Source: Blastococcus sp. (lineage in GTDB: Bacteria > Actinomycetota > Actinomycetes > Mycobacteriales > Geodermatophilaceae). Taken from it: 64,000 nt of DNA. A model generated the notes under the pieces. The model saw nothing but the letters and a program-made list of their open reading frames with translations, did no database searches and was not told the DNA's origin. Below are positions 1 through 7,869 of this stretch, in pieces (position 1 is the first letter of the stretch; the number at the start of each line of letters is the position of its first letter). The position numbers and the translations under genes are program-made. The stretch is from the NCBI GenBank assembly GCA_035296685.1, contig DATHAK010000220.1, positions 610 to 64,609 of the forward strand, in the 5' to 3' direction.

Positions 1-1121
1 AGGTGCAGCAGCGTGGCCAGGCAGGTCGCCGAGTCGCGCCGGTAGCGGGGTGAGTCGTCGCCGAAGCGGGAGACCGCGCGCGGCTGGTCGTGGTTGTCCC
101 AGTAGAGGGAGTTCCAGCCGACGTCGGCCAGCCCGGCCTGCCAGCGCCCGAACGACGCCTTGAGGTCGCGCATCCGGAGCGGACGCACGTCCCACTTCGA
201 CGTCGCGTGGTCGAGCCCCACGTGCTCGAACTGGAACACCATGTCGACCTCGGCACGCGCCGGGTCCGTGAACAGCCGCGCCTGGTCGACCGTCACCCCC
301 GGCATCTCGCCGACCAGGAGCAGGTCCTCCGGATGGCCGGCGAACACCTCGCCGTGCATCTCCTGCAGGAACTCGTGGATCCGCGGGCCGCAGAACACGT
401 GCGGCGTCGCGTCGCCGAAGGGCAGGTTCGGCAGCGGCGGTCCGTCGGGCAGCGAGCCGTCGTCCCCGACCGCCTTGGAGATCATGTTGATGACGTCCAT
501 GCGGAAGCCGTCGACCCCGCGGTCGAGCCACCACCGCATCATCGCGTAGACGGCCTGCCGGACCTGCGGGTTCTCCCAGTTCAGGTCCGGCTGCTTGCGG
601 TCGAACAGGTGCAGGTAGTACTCCCCGCTCGCTTCGTCGAGCTCCCACGTTGAGCCGGAGAAGAAGGAGTGCCAGTTGGTCGGCTCGGCACCCGGTGCCC
701 CGGCGTCCATCCCGTAGCGCGGCGGGCGCCACCAGTACCAGTCCCGCTTGGGACTCGTGCGCGACGCCTTGCTCTCCAGGAACCACGGGTGCTCGTCGCT
801 GGTGTGGTTGACCACCAGGTCCATCACCAGCTTCATCCCGCGCGCGTGCAGCGCCGCGATCAGCTCGTCGAGCTGCTCGATCGAGCCGAACAGCGGGTCG
901 ACACCCTGGTAGTCGCTGATGTCGTAGCCGTTGTCGGCCTGCGGCGACGGGTAGACCGGCGACAGCCAGAGGACGTCGACGCCCAAGTCGGCCAGGTGGT
1001 CGAGGCGCTGCAGCACGCCGCCCAGGTCGCCGACGCCGTCGCCGTCGGAGTCCATGAACGAGCGCGGATAGATCTGGTAGACCACGGCGCTGGTCCACCA
1101 CGGCGCCGACCCGGGGGTCAG
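1..1121 (-). CDS. GH13 alpha-glucosidase / oligo-1,6-glucosidase, 3' end runs off the window
   Basis: Manual minus-strand translation: PWWTSAVVYQIYPRSFMDSDGDGVGDLGG...WLSPVYPSPQADNGYDISDY...DLVVNHTSDEHPWF and GFRMDVINMI. Not in the ORF track because it is truncated. Apparent start is CTG at 1121. Confidence 0.93.
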   Translation of the reverse strand, partial: MTPGSAPWWTSAVVYQIYPRSFMDSDGDGVGDLGGVLQRLDHLADLGVDVLWLSPVYPSPQADNGYDISDYQGVDPLFGSIEQLDELIAALHARGMKLVMDLVVNHTSDEHPWFLESKASRTSPKRDWYWWRPPRYGMDAGAPGAEPTNWHSFFSGSTWELDEASGEYYLHLFDRKQPDLNWENPQVRQAVYAMMRWWLDRGVDGFRMDVINMISKAVGDDGSLPDGPPLPNLPFGDATPHVFCGPRIHEFLQEMHGEVFAGHPEDLLLVGEMPGVTVDQARLFTDPARAEVDMVFQFEHVGLDHATSKWDVRPLRMRDLKASFGRWQAGLADVGWNSLYWDNHDQPRAVSRFGDDSPRYRRDSATCLATLLH

Positions 1122-1507
1122 GACGGCGCCCAGGTGTGGTGCACGGCCTCGACGTTGTTGCCGTCGGGGTCACGGAAGAAGACGCCGTAGTAGCCCGGGT
1201 GGTACTCGGGCCAGATCCGCGGCTCGTGCAGGATCTCGGTTCCCGACTCCCGGGCCGCGGCGAAGACCGCGTCCACGGCCTCTCGGGACGGCGCGGTGAG
1301 CGCCAGATGCACCGGACGGTCTCCCGCGCCCTCCATCGGCCCGAACCACAGCTTCGGGAAGCCGTCGGGGCCGGAGAGCCCGACGACGCTGCCCTCCGGA
1401 CGGTCGAAGCGCATGGCCTCGCGCACTCCGCAGGCGGCGAACACCCGCGTGTAGAAGCTCACGGCGGCGTCGACGTCCGTGACCTGCAGGGACAGGTGGT
1501 CGAGCAT
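1118..1507 (-). CDS. VOC/glyoxalase family protein
   Basis: MLDHLSLQVTD and YYGVFFRDPDGNNVEAV motifs; leaderless -10 TACGGT at 1514-1519. Confidence 0.92.
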   Translation of the reverse strand: MLDHLSLQVTDVDAAVSFYTRVFAACGVREAMRFDRPEGSVVGLSGPDGFPKLWFGPMEGAGDRPVHLALTAPSREAVDAVFAAARESGTEILHEPRIWPEYHPGYYGVFFRDPDGNNVEAVHHTWAPS

Positions 1508-1640
1508 GGCGCGACCGTAGCCACCGGCCCGGGGTCGCGGCGACCGGTGCGACCCGGCGCCCTCGCGCGGGCGCTGCTTGGATGGAGCGGCGTCGTCCTG
1601 ATGCAGGCGCCGGGAACGCCCCGGTGCAGGAGGGAGAACC

Positions 1641-2018
1641 GTGGCCGAGCTGAGCCGACCGGACGTCGAGCCCCCGACTGGGCCTGCGCCGGACGACCTG
1701 GTGATCGAGGACCTCGTCGTCGGCGACGGTCCCGAGGCGACCCCGGGTTCACTGGTCAGCGCGCACTACGTCGGTGTCACCCACTCCGGTGGGGAGCAGT
1801 TCGACGCCTCGTGGGACCGCGGGGATCCGCTGGAGTTCCGGCTCGGCGTCGGCATGGTGATCCAGGGCTGGGACGAGGGCATCGCCGGGATGAAGGTCGG
1901 TGGCCGCCGCCGGCTCACCATCCCGTCGCACAAGGCCTACGGCGAGCGCGGTGCCGGCGGCGTCATCCAGCCCGGCGAGACGCTGGTCTTCGTCGTCGAC
2001 CTCGTCGGCGTGAGATAG
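1641..2018 (+). CDS. FKBP-type peptidyl-prolyl cis-trans isomerase
   Basis: HYVG..FDASWDRG..F.LG.G.VIQGWDEG..GMKVGGRRRLTIP..AYG; GGAG RBS. Confidence 0.96.
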   Translation: MAELSRPDVEPPTGPAPDDLVIEDLVVGDGPEATPGSLVSAHYVGVTHSGGEQFDASWDRGDPLEFRLGVGMVIQGWDEGIAGMKVGGRRRLTIPSHKAYGERGAGGVIQPGETLVFVVDLVGVR

Positions 2019-2048
2019 CAACACTGCGACCCTCCGGGCCGCACCGGG

Positions 2049-2074
2049 GGTTGAGGCGCGCACCCAGGGGGCAC
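2049..2074 (+). promoter_or_regulatory. SigB/SigF-type promoter of the CDF gene (leaderless)
   Basis: GTTG-N15-GGGCAC ending 10 nt before ATG 2085; no SD. Confidence 0.5.
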
Positions 2075-2084
2075 GGGTGCCGCC

Positions 2085-3137
2085 ATGACACAGCCGGCGC
2101 CGACCACGGAGCACGCCCTCGCCCGTGAGGCCCGGCAGGCCGACGCCGCCCGGCGCGGCGACAGCGAGGAGGCCGGGGGCGAGTCGACCGGCACGGTGAT
2201 CGTCGCCGGGCTGGCCAACCTCGCGATCGCCGTCGCCAAGCTCATCGGCGGCCTGATCAGCCACTCGTCGGCGATGCTGTCGGAGGCGGCCCACTCGGTC
2301 GCCGACACCGTCACCGAGGTCTTCCTGTTCGTCGCCCTCAAGCGGGGCAACCGCCCGCCGGACGCCAAGCACCCGTTCGGCTACGGCCGGGAGACCTACT
2401 TCTGGGCGTTCCTCGCCTCGCTCGCCACGTTCGGCCTCGGCGCCGGCTTCTCGATCTGGCAGGGCGTCACGACCATCGTCGAGGGCGAGGAGCAGGGCGA
2501 CCCACTCGTCTCCTACATCGTGCTGGCCGTCTCCTTCGTGCTCGAGGGCGTGTCCTGGCTGAAGGCGGTGCGCCAGGTTCGAGGCGCCGCCCGCAAGTGG
2601 GACGTCACGCCCAAGGAGTACCTCTCCGGGACGACCGACACCACGGTCAAGGCCGTCACGTTCGAGGACACCGCCGCACTGATCGGCCTGGTCCTCGCCG
2701 CGGTCGGCCTGTTCCTGGAGCAGGTGACGGGCGACCCGGTGTGGGACGGCCTTGCGGCCGTCGTCATCGGCGTCCTGCTGGTCGTCGTCGCCTACGTCCT
2801 GGCCCGGGCGAACGTGTCGCTGCTCATCGGGCAGTCGGCGTCGCCCCGCCTCCAGGCGGAGCTGAAGACCGAGATCGCCGCCCTGGACCACGTCGTGGAC
2901 GTGCCCTTCCTGCTCACCTCGGTGATCGGGCCGGCCCAGCTGCTCGTGGCCGCGAAGGTCGACTTCGACGACGAGGTGTCCGCCGCCGACATCGAGCGGG
3001 TGGCCGACGAGGCCGAGCGCCGCCTGGTGGCACGCCACGAGGGCGTCCGCTACGTCTTCCTCGACCCGACGGCCGGCGACGGACGGGCGCGGGCGCAGGC
3101 GCACCCCCTGCCCCACGAGGAGGCAGGGAATGCTTGA
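2085..3137 (+). CDS. Cation diffusion facilitator (CDF) family transporter
   Basis: SEAAHSVADT, HPFGYGRE, six hydrophobic segments, C-terminal dimerisation domain. Confidence 0.93.
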   Translation: MTQPAPTTEHALAREARQADAARRGDSEEAGGESTGTVIVAGLANLAIAVAKLIGGLISHSSAMLSEAAHSVADTVTEVFLFVALKRGNRPPDAKHPFGYGRETYFWAFLASLATFGLGAGFSIWQGVTTIVEGEEQGDPLVSYIVLAVSFVLEGVSWLKAVRQVRGAARKWDVTPKEYLSGTTDTTVKAVTFEDTAALIGLVLAAVGLFLEQVTGDPVWDGLAAVVIGVLLVVVAYVLARANVSLLIGQSASPRLQAELKTEIAALDHVVDVPFLLTSVIGPAQLLVAAKVDFDDEVSAADIERVADEAERRLVARHEGVRYVFLDPTAGDGRARAQAHPLPHEEAGNA

Positions 3138-3161
3138 GAGGACAACGAAGTTGGGGCAGGC

Positions 3162-3854
3162 ATGCAGGTAGAGGTCTGGTCCGACGTCGTGTGTCCGTGG
3201 TGCTACATCGGCAAGCGCCGCCTGGAGGCGGCCCTCGAGCAGTTCCCGCACCGCGACCAGGTCGAGGTCGTCTGGCGGTCGTTCCAGCTCGACCCGTCGA
3301 TCCCGGAGGGCGAGACGCACCCGACGCTGCCCGCGCTGGCCGCCAAGTACGGCACCAGCGTCGAGGCGATGAGGGCCAACATGGCCCGCGTCGAGGAGCT
3401 CGCGGCGGCCGAGGGACTCGAGTACCACCTGGCCGACGGCGTCAGCGGCAACACCCTGCGCGCCCACGAGCTGCTGCACCTGGCCGCCGAGCGCGGGCAG
3501 GGCGGCGAGCTCAAGGAGCGGCTGCTGCACGCCCACTTCGAGGAGGGGCGCTCGGTCTTCGACGTCGACTCCCTCGTGGCGCTGGGCGCCGAGGTCGGGC
3601 TCGACGAGACCGAGGCCCGCGAGGCGCTGGCCGACCGGCGCTACCTCGCCGCCGTCCGCCAGGACGGCGCCACGGCGCAGGCCCTCGGCGCGACCGGCGT
3701 CCCCTTCTTCGTCGTCGACCGGAAGTACGGCGCGGCGGGTGCCCAGCCGGCCGAGCTGCTCCTGCAGATCCTCGAGCGCGCCTGGGCCGACGCGCACCCG
3801 CTGGTCACCGTCCCGGCCGCCGACGGGTGCGACGACGGCAGCTGCGCCGTCTGA
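3162..3854 (+). CDS. DsbA/FrnE family oxidoreductase
   Basis: VWSDVVCPWCYIGKRRL, FQLDP, GVPFF cis-Pro loop. Confidence 0.94.
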   Translation: MQVEVWSDVVCPWCYIGKRRLEAALEQFPHRDQVEVVWRSFQLDPSIPEGETHPTLPALAAKYGTSVEAMRANMARVEELAAAEGLEYHLADGVSGNTLRAHELLHLAAERGQGGELKERLLHAHFEEGRSVFDVDSLVALGAEVGLDETEAREALADRRYLAAVRQDGATAQALGATGVPFFVVDRKYGAAGAQPAELLLQILERAWADAHPLVTVPAADGCDDGSCAV

Positions 3855-3855
3855 T

Positions 3856-4818
3856 TCAGCCCAGCAGTTCGGCCGCCGCCCGCAGCGCCTGCTCGGCGTC
3901 GGCGTCCAGCTCGCGGACGACGTCCGCGGCCGAGCGCTCCCTCGTCACCAGCCCGACGGCCTCGCCGGCGTAGACCGGGCCGAAACGCGGATCACCGGTC
4001 CGCCGGCCTTCGGCGACCAGCCCGCGGGCCTCGGCGTCGTCCACCAGTTCGGTCTCGCGGCCGTGCCAGGCCCGGCTGAAGTCGTTGACCAGCGCCCGTC
4101 CGGGCCAGCGCTCGGGCCACGCGATGCCCTCGCCGACGTCGAACGCGCGGGTCAGCACCGTCTCGTCGCCCGAGGCCGCCCGGACGCGCTCCCGCGCGGC
4201 GGGCTTGTTCAGCCCCTCGGTGCAGGACAGGAAGGCGGTGCCGACCCACACGCCGGCGGCGCCGGCGACCAGCGCCGCGGCCATCGCGCGGCCGGTGGCG
4301 ATCCCGCCGGCGGCCAGCACCGGCCGGTCGGTGAGGGGCAGGACCTCCTGCAGGAGCGGCAGCGTCGCCCGCTGCCCGGTGTGACCGCCCGCCTCGGTGC
4401 CCTGGGCGACGATCACGTCGACCCCCGCGTCCACGACCCGGGCGGCGTCGGCGACGGTGTTCACCTGCGCGGCCACCGCGACCCCCGCGTCGTGCAGCGG
4501 CCCGACGTAGGGCGCCGGGTCGCCGAACGAGACCGACACCAGGCCGGGCCTGGCCGCCAGGGTGGCCTCGAACAGGTCGGGGCGGGTCTCGAGCACCCAG
4601 ATCATCAGGCCGACCCCGAACAGCACGTCCGCCTCGGCGGGGATCGCGCACTGCTCGGTCAGGAACTCGGCCGTCGCGGAGCCGCTGATCCCGATCATCC
4701 CGAGGCCGCCGCCCTCCGACACCGCGCGGGCGAGCGCCCCACCGGCCACGCCCGCCATGGGCGCGCCGATGATCGGGGTGGACAGCTCGAGCCAGCGGGT
4801 CAGCGGTGTCGTGATCAC
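3856..4818 (-). CDS. Nitronate monooxygenase family flavoprotein
   Basis: PIIGAPMAG, VAQGTEAGGH, AAGGIATG, GVWVGTAFL. Confidence 0.92.
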   Translation of the reverse strand: MITTPLTRWLELSTPIIGAPMAGVAGGALARAVSEGGGLGMIGISGSATAEFLTEQCAIPAEADVLFGVGLMIWVLETRPDLFEATLAARPGLVSVSFGDPAPYVGPLHDAGVAVAAQVNTVADAARVVDAGVDVIVAQGTEAGGHTGQRATLPLLQEVLPLTDRPVLAAGGIATGRAMAAALVAGAAGVWVGTAFLSCTEGLNKPAARERVRAASGDETVLTRAFDVGEGIAWPERWPGRALVNDFSRAWHGRETELVDDAEARGLVAEGRRTGDPRFGPVYAGEAVGLVTRERSAADVVRELDADAEQALRAAAELLG

Positions 4819-4838
4819 GCCGTCATCCTGCCCCGTGG

Positions 4839-4892
4839 CCCCGTCCAGGGCACCGCCCCCGAGCGTGCGAAGGGCGGGGAGGGCGGGGTCCT
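4839..4892 (-). repeat. Structured ~55 bp intergenic repeat, copy A
   Basis: AGGA-CCCCGCCC-TCCCCGCCCT-TCGCACGCTC-GGGGGCGGTGCCCT-GGACGGGG; aligns with copies at 26888, 32261 and 40311. Confidence 0.85.
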
Positions 4893-4904
4893 GTCGGGGT
4901 CCTC

Positions 4905-5072
4905 CTACTCGTCCGCCTCCGTCCGGCCGGAGGCGAGCTCGTCCTCGCCGGTGGCGGCCGGATCGTCCTCGGCCGACGCGAGGTCCTCACCCTGGCCGTA
5001 GGCGCCGGGGTCGGCCTGCAGCGTGCGCGGGTCGTTGAGCGGGTCCGGGACGTCGGGGTCGGTCACGGTCAT
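4905..5072 (-). CDS. Small acidic hypothetical protein (55 aa)
   Basis: MTVTDPDVPDPLNDP...RTEADE, the 3' part of track ORF 4905..5273; GC3-rich codons; promoter motif directly upstream. Confidence 0.65.
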   Translation of the reverse strand: MTVTDPDVPDPLNDPRTLQADPGAYGQGEDLASAEDDPAATGEDELASGRTEADE

Positions 5073-5081
5073 CCCGCCCGC

Positions 5082-5106
5082 ATGCCCCACCGGCCGGGTC
5101 CTGAAC
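5082..5106 (-). promoter_or_regulatory. SigB/SigF-type promoter (leaderless)
   Basis: GTTC-N15-GGGCAT, 9 nt before ATG 5072. Confidence 0.55.
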
Positions 5107-5117
5107 CTCTGGCAAAC

Positions 5118-5137
5118 GCGTAACCCATGTGTTACGC
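5118..5137. promoter_or_regulatory. Candidate ArsR operator
   Basis: Perfect inverted repeat GCGTAAC-N6-GTTACGC, 7 nt before the ArsR start. Confidence 0.65.
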
Positions 5138-5144
5138 ATATCAG

Positions 5145-5474
5145 ATGGACGCGCTGGCGGCTCTCGCGGACCCGACGCGGCGGCAGCTCCTGGCCCTGCT
5201 GGCCGGCGGAGAGCAGGCGGCCGGCGAGCTGGCCGGGCGGTTCCCGGTCAGCCGCCCGGCGATCAGCCGGCACCTGCGGGTGCTGCGCGAGGCCGGCCTG
5301 GTCACCGCGCGCGGAGAGGGGAAGCGCCGCCTCTACGCCCTGGACCCACGCCCGCTGCGCGAGCTCGACGACTGGCTCGAGCCCTACCGCGACCTCTGGG
5401 CGCAGCGGCTCGACGCGCTGGACACCGAGATCGCCCGCGGTCGGCGGGCACGGACGAGCGGAGACCCGACATGA
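5145..5474 (+). CDS. ArsR/SmtB family transcriptional regulator
   Basis: ALADPTRRQLL..L, SRPAISRHLRVLREAGLV; second ATG chosen because the first lies inside the operator. Confidence 0.93.
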   Translation: MDALAALADPTRRQLLALLAGGEQAAGELAGRFPVSRPAISRHLRVLREAGLVTARGEGKRRLYALDPRPLRELDDWLEPYRDLWAQRLDALDTEIARGRRARTSGDPT

Positions 5475-5983
5475 CCGAGGACCTCGAGACCCGGCGCGGC
5501 GTCGTCACCACCGAGGCCGACGGCCGGCAGCGGCTCGAGTTCCGGCGGTCCTGGCCCGACCCCATCGAGGACGTCTGGGCCGCGCTCACCGAGCCCGACC
5601 GCCTCGCCCGCTGGATCGGCCGGTACGACGGCACGCGCGGCACCGGAGGCACCGGCACGTTCGTCATGACGCAGGAGGACGGCGACCACGCCGGCCAGGC
5701 CATGACGATCCTGGAGTGCGACCCGCCCCGGCGGCTGGTGGTCGAGTGGGAGCCGTCGGAGCTGGGCGTCTGGCGCGTCGATCTCGACCTGTGGGTGGAG
5801 GACGGGCGGACCTGGCTGCGCTTCGTCCAACTGTTCCCGGCGGACGCCGACGTCACCGACTTCGCCCTGGGCTGGCACTGGTACCTGGACAAGCTCGACA
5901 CCCAGATCAGCGGCCGCCCGGAGCCTGGGGAGTGGGACGCCTTCCTCGCCGAGGTCGGCCCCGCCTACGGGCGTTCTGCGTGA
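5471..5983 (+). CDS. SRPBCC (AHSA1-like) family protein
   Basis: EDVWAALTEPDRLARW, DPPRRL, GWHWYLDKL; ATGA overlap with the ArsR stop. Confidence 0.9.
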   Translation: MTEDLETRRGVVTTEADGRQRLEFRRSWPDPIEDVWAALTEPDRLARWIGRYDGTRGTGGTGTFVMTQEDGDHAGQAMTILECDPPRRLVVEWEPSELGVWRVDLDLWVEDGRTWLRFVQLFPADADVTDFALGWHWYLDKLDTQISGRPEPGEWDAFLAEVGPAYGRSA

Positions 5984-5984
5984 G

Positions 5985-6395
5985 TCAGCGTCCGGGTCGG
6001 CCCAGCACGGCCATCGCGGCGGAGCCCGCCAGCCCGGAGACCACGATCGGCGTCTCGACGGGGTCGAAGCCCTTCGGCGTCAGCAGCCTCCGGTTGAAGC
6101 GCTCCGACAGGTAGCCGCCGATCATAGACGTGCCGAGGAGCCGCAGCATCTTCCGGGCGCGCTCGTCGGGCCCCGCAGCCAGGCGCGCGACCGCGTAGAC
6201 CTGCGAGGCGAGCATGTACGACGGCGCGCTGTAGGAGGTGCCGAACCACAGCGAGTCCCGCGCGACGTGCTGCGGACTGCCGGTCATGAAGGGGACGTCG
6301 AAGTGGCGACGTCTGCGCAGGGCGACCACCTGGCCGACGAGGCCGGAGGCGAGCTGGATCGCGGAGGCGGCGAGGAGAGCCGAGCGGGAGGCCAT
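5985..6395 (-). CDS. Hypothetical membrane protein (136 aa)
   Basis: C-terminal part of track ORF 5985..7733 (MASRSALLAAS...); hydrophobic segments; leaderless -10 TACGGT at 6404-6409. Confidence 0.7.
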   Translation of the reverse strand: MASRSALLAASAIQLASGLVGQVVALRRRRHFDVPFMTGSPQHVARDSLWFGTSYSAPSYMLASQVYAVARLAAGPDERARKMLRLLGTSMIGGYLSERFNRRLLTPKGFDPVETPIVVSGLAGSAAMAVLGRPGR

Positions 6396-6429
6396 GCCGT
6401 CGCACCGTAGGACCGCCGTCCCGGCTGTG

Positions 6430-6487
6430 GGGGTGTTCCGCTCGCTCCCGGAGTCCTGCAGGACCCGAGGAGCGTGAGGAACACCCC
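6430..6487. repeat. Long imperfect intergenic hairpin (terminator or REP-like)
   Basis: GGGGTGTTCC...GGAACACCCC outer arms, inner CGCTCC/GGAGCG, central GTCCTGCAGGAC palindrome. Confidence 0.6.
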
Positions 6488-6502
6488 GAGAGCGGCCGGG
6501 CG

Positions 6503-7663
6503 TCAGGCGGACGCGCGCACCTGCACCGGGCCGGGACCGGTCCACGGCCCCAGCGAGCCCAGCAGGCGGTCGCGCCCGGCCAGCCGCGGCCTGGCCTGGA
6601 TCGGGTAGACGTCGTAGGAGCCGTCGAGTTCCCGGGCGGCGTGGACGGCGAAGTTCGGGTCGTCCTGGGCCTCGCGGGCGATCGCGACCAGGTCCGCCGC
6701 CCCGCCGGCGACGACCGCCTCGGCCTGCCGGGCGTCGACGATCAGGCCGGCCGCCATCGTGGCGATGTCCGCCTCCGCGCGGATCCGGGCGGCGAAGGGC
6801 ACCTGGTAGCCATAGCCGATCGGGTGCTCCCAGCCGCCGCCGAGCCCGCCGCCCGAGGTGTCGACGACGTCGACCCCGAGTGCCTTCAGCTCGCGGGCGA
6901 AGGCGACCGTGTCCTCCACGGTGACCCCGTCGCGGGACGCGTCGACCGACGAGACCCGCACGAACAGCGGCCTGTCCTCCGGCCACGCGGCGCGCACGGC
7001 CTCGACGACCTCGAGCGGGAAGCGCATCCGCGCCTCGCGGGAACCGCCGTAGGCGTCCTCGCGGCGATTGGTCAGCGGGGAGAGGAACTGGTTGAGCAGG
7101 TAGCCGTGCGCCGCGTGCACCTCGACGACGTCGAAGCCGGCGGCCACCGACCGGCGGGTGGCGGCGACGAACGCCTCGCGCACCCCGGCCAGCTCGTCCG
7201 CGGTCAGGGCGTGCGGCGTGGGCCAGCCCGGGCCGACCGGCACGGCGCTGGCGGACACGGTCGGCCACGGCGCCTCGCCCGGCCGCGCGTTCTCCCGAGT
7301 CACCGGGCCGTTCCCGTCCCAGGGGCGCAGGCTGCTGGCCTTGGCGCCCGCGTGCGCGAGCTGGATCCCGGCCAGGGAGCCCTCGGCGTGCAGGAAGTCC
7401 ACCACCCGCGCCTGGCCCGGAACGTGCTCGTCGGACCACAGGCCGACGTCGCCGTGGCTGATCCGGCCCTCGGGCGTCACCCCGGTCGCCTCCACGACGA
7501 CCAGACCGAAGCCGCCGAGAGCGAACCGACCCAGGTGGACCAGGTGGTAGTCGCCGACGAAGCCGTCGGTCACCGAGTACTGGCACATCGGCGCGACGAC
7601 CAGGCGGTTCGGCAGCGTCACGCCGCGCAGGGTCAGGGGGTCGAAGAGAGCGGAGGAGGTCAC
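6503..7663 (-). CDS. NADH:flavin oxidoreductase (old yellow enzyme, YqjM/NamA-like)
   Basis: NRLVVAPMCQYS, GIQLAHAGAK, EVHAAHGYLLNQFLSP. Confidence 0.94.
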   Translation of the reverse strand: MTSSALFDPLTLRGVTLPNRLVVAPMCQYSVTDGFVGDYHLVHLGRFALGGFGLVVVEATGVTPEGRISHGDVGLWSDEHVPGQARVVDFLHAEGSLAGIQLAHAGAKASSLRPWDGNGPVTRENARPGEAPWPTVSASAVPVGPGWPTPHALTADELAGVREAFVAATRRSVAAGFDVVEVHAAHGYLLNQFLSPLTNRREDAYGGSREARMRFPLEVVEAVRAAWPEDRPLFVRVSSVDASRDGVTVEDTVAFARELKALGVDVVDTSGGGLGGGWEHPIGYGYQVPFAARIRAEADIATMAAGLIVDARQAEAVVAGGAADLVAIAREAQDDPNFAVHAARELDGSYDVYPIQARPRLAGRDRLLGSLGPWTGPGPVQVRASA

Positions 7664-7725
7664 GGACGGTCGCCAACGCCGAGATCGATCCCCGTCTTCC
7701 GAGCTGAGAAAGCAGACGTCCTAGA

Positions 7726-7741
7726 CGTAACATGGCTCACG
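7726..7741. promoter_or_regulatory. Possible CRP/GlxR site upstream of pckG
   Basis: CGTAA-N6-TCACG, one mismatch to (C/T)GTGA-N6-TCAC(G/A). Confidence 0.35.
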
Positions 7742-7869
7742 GTTACAGGCGAGTGTCCCGCCGGTAGCCTGACCGGACCCGGGCCGTGGCCAGCGTCGTC
7801 CACGTCCGGGTCCCACGCACCACTGCCGGTGCACCACCCAGCCCCGGCTACCCAGAGGATGGAGACGCC

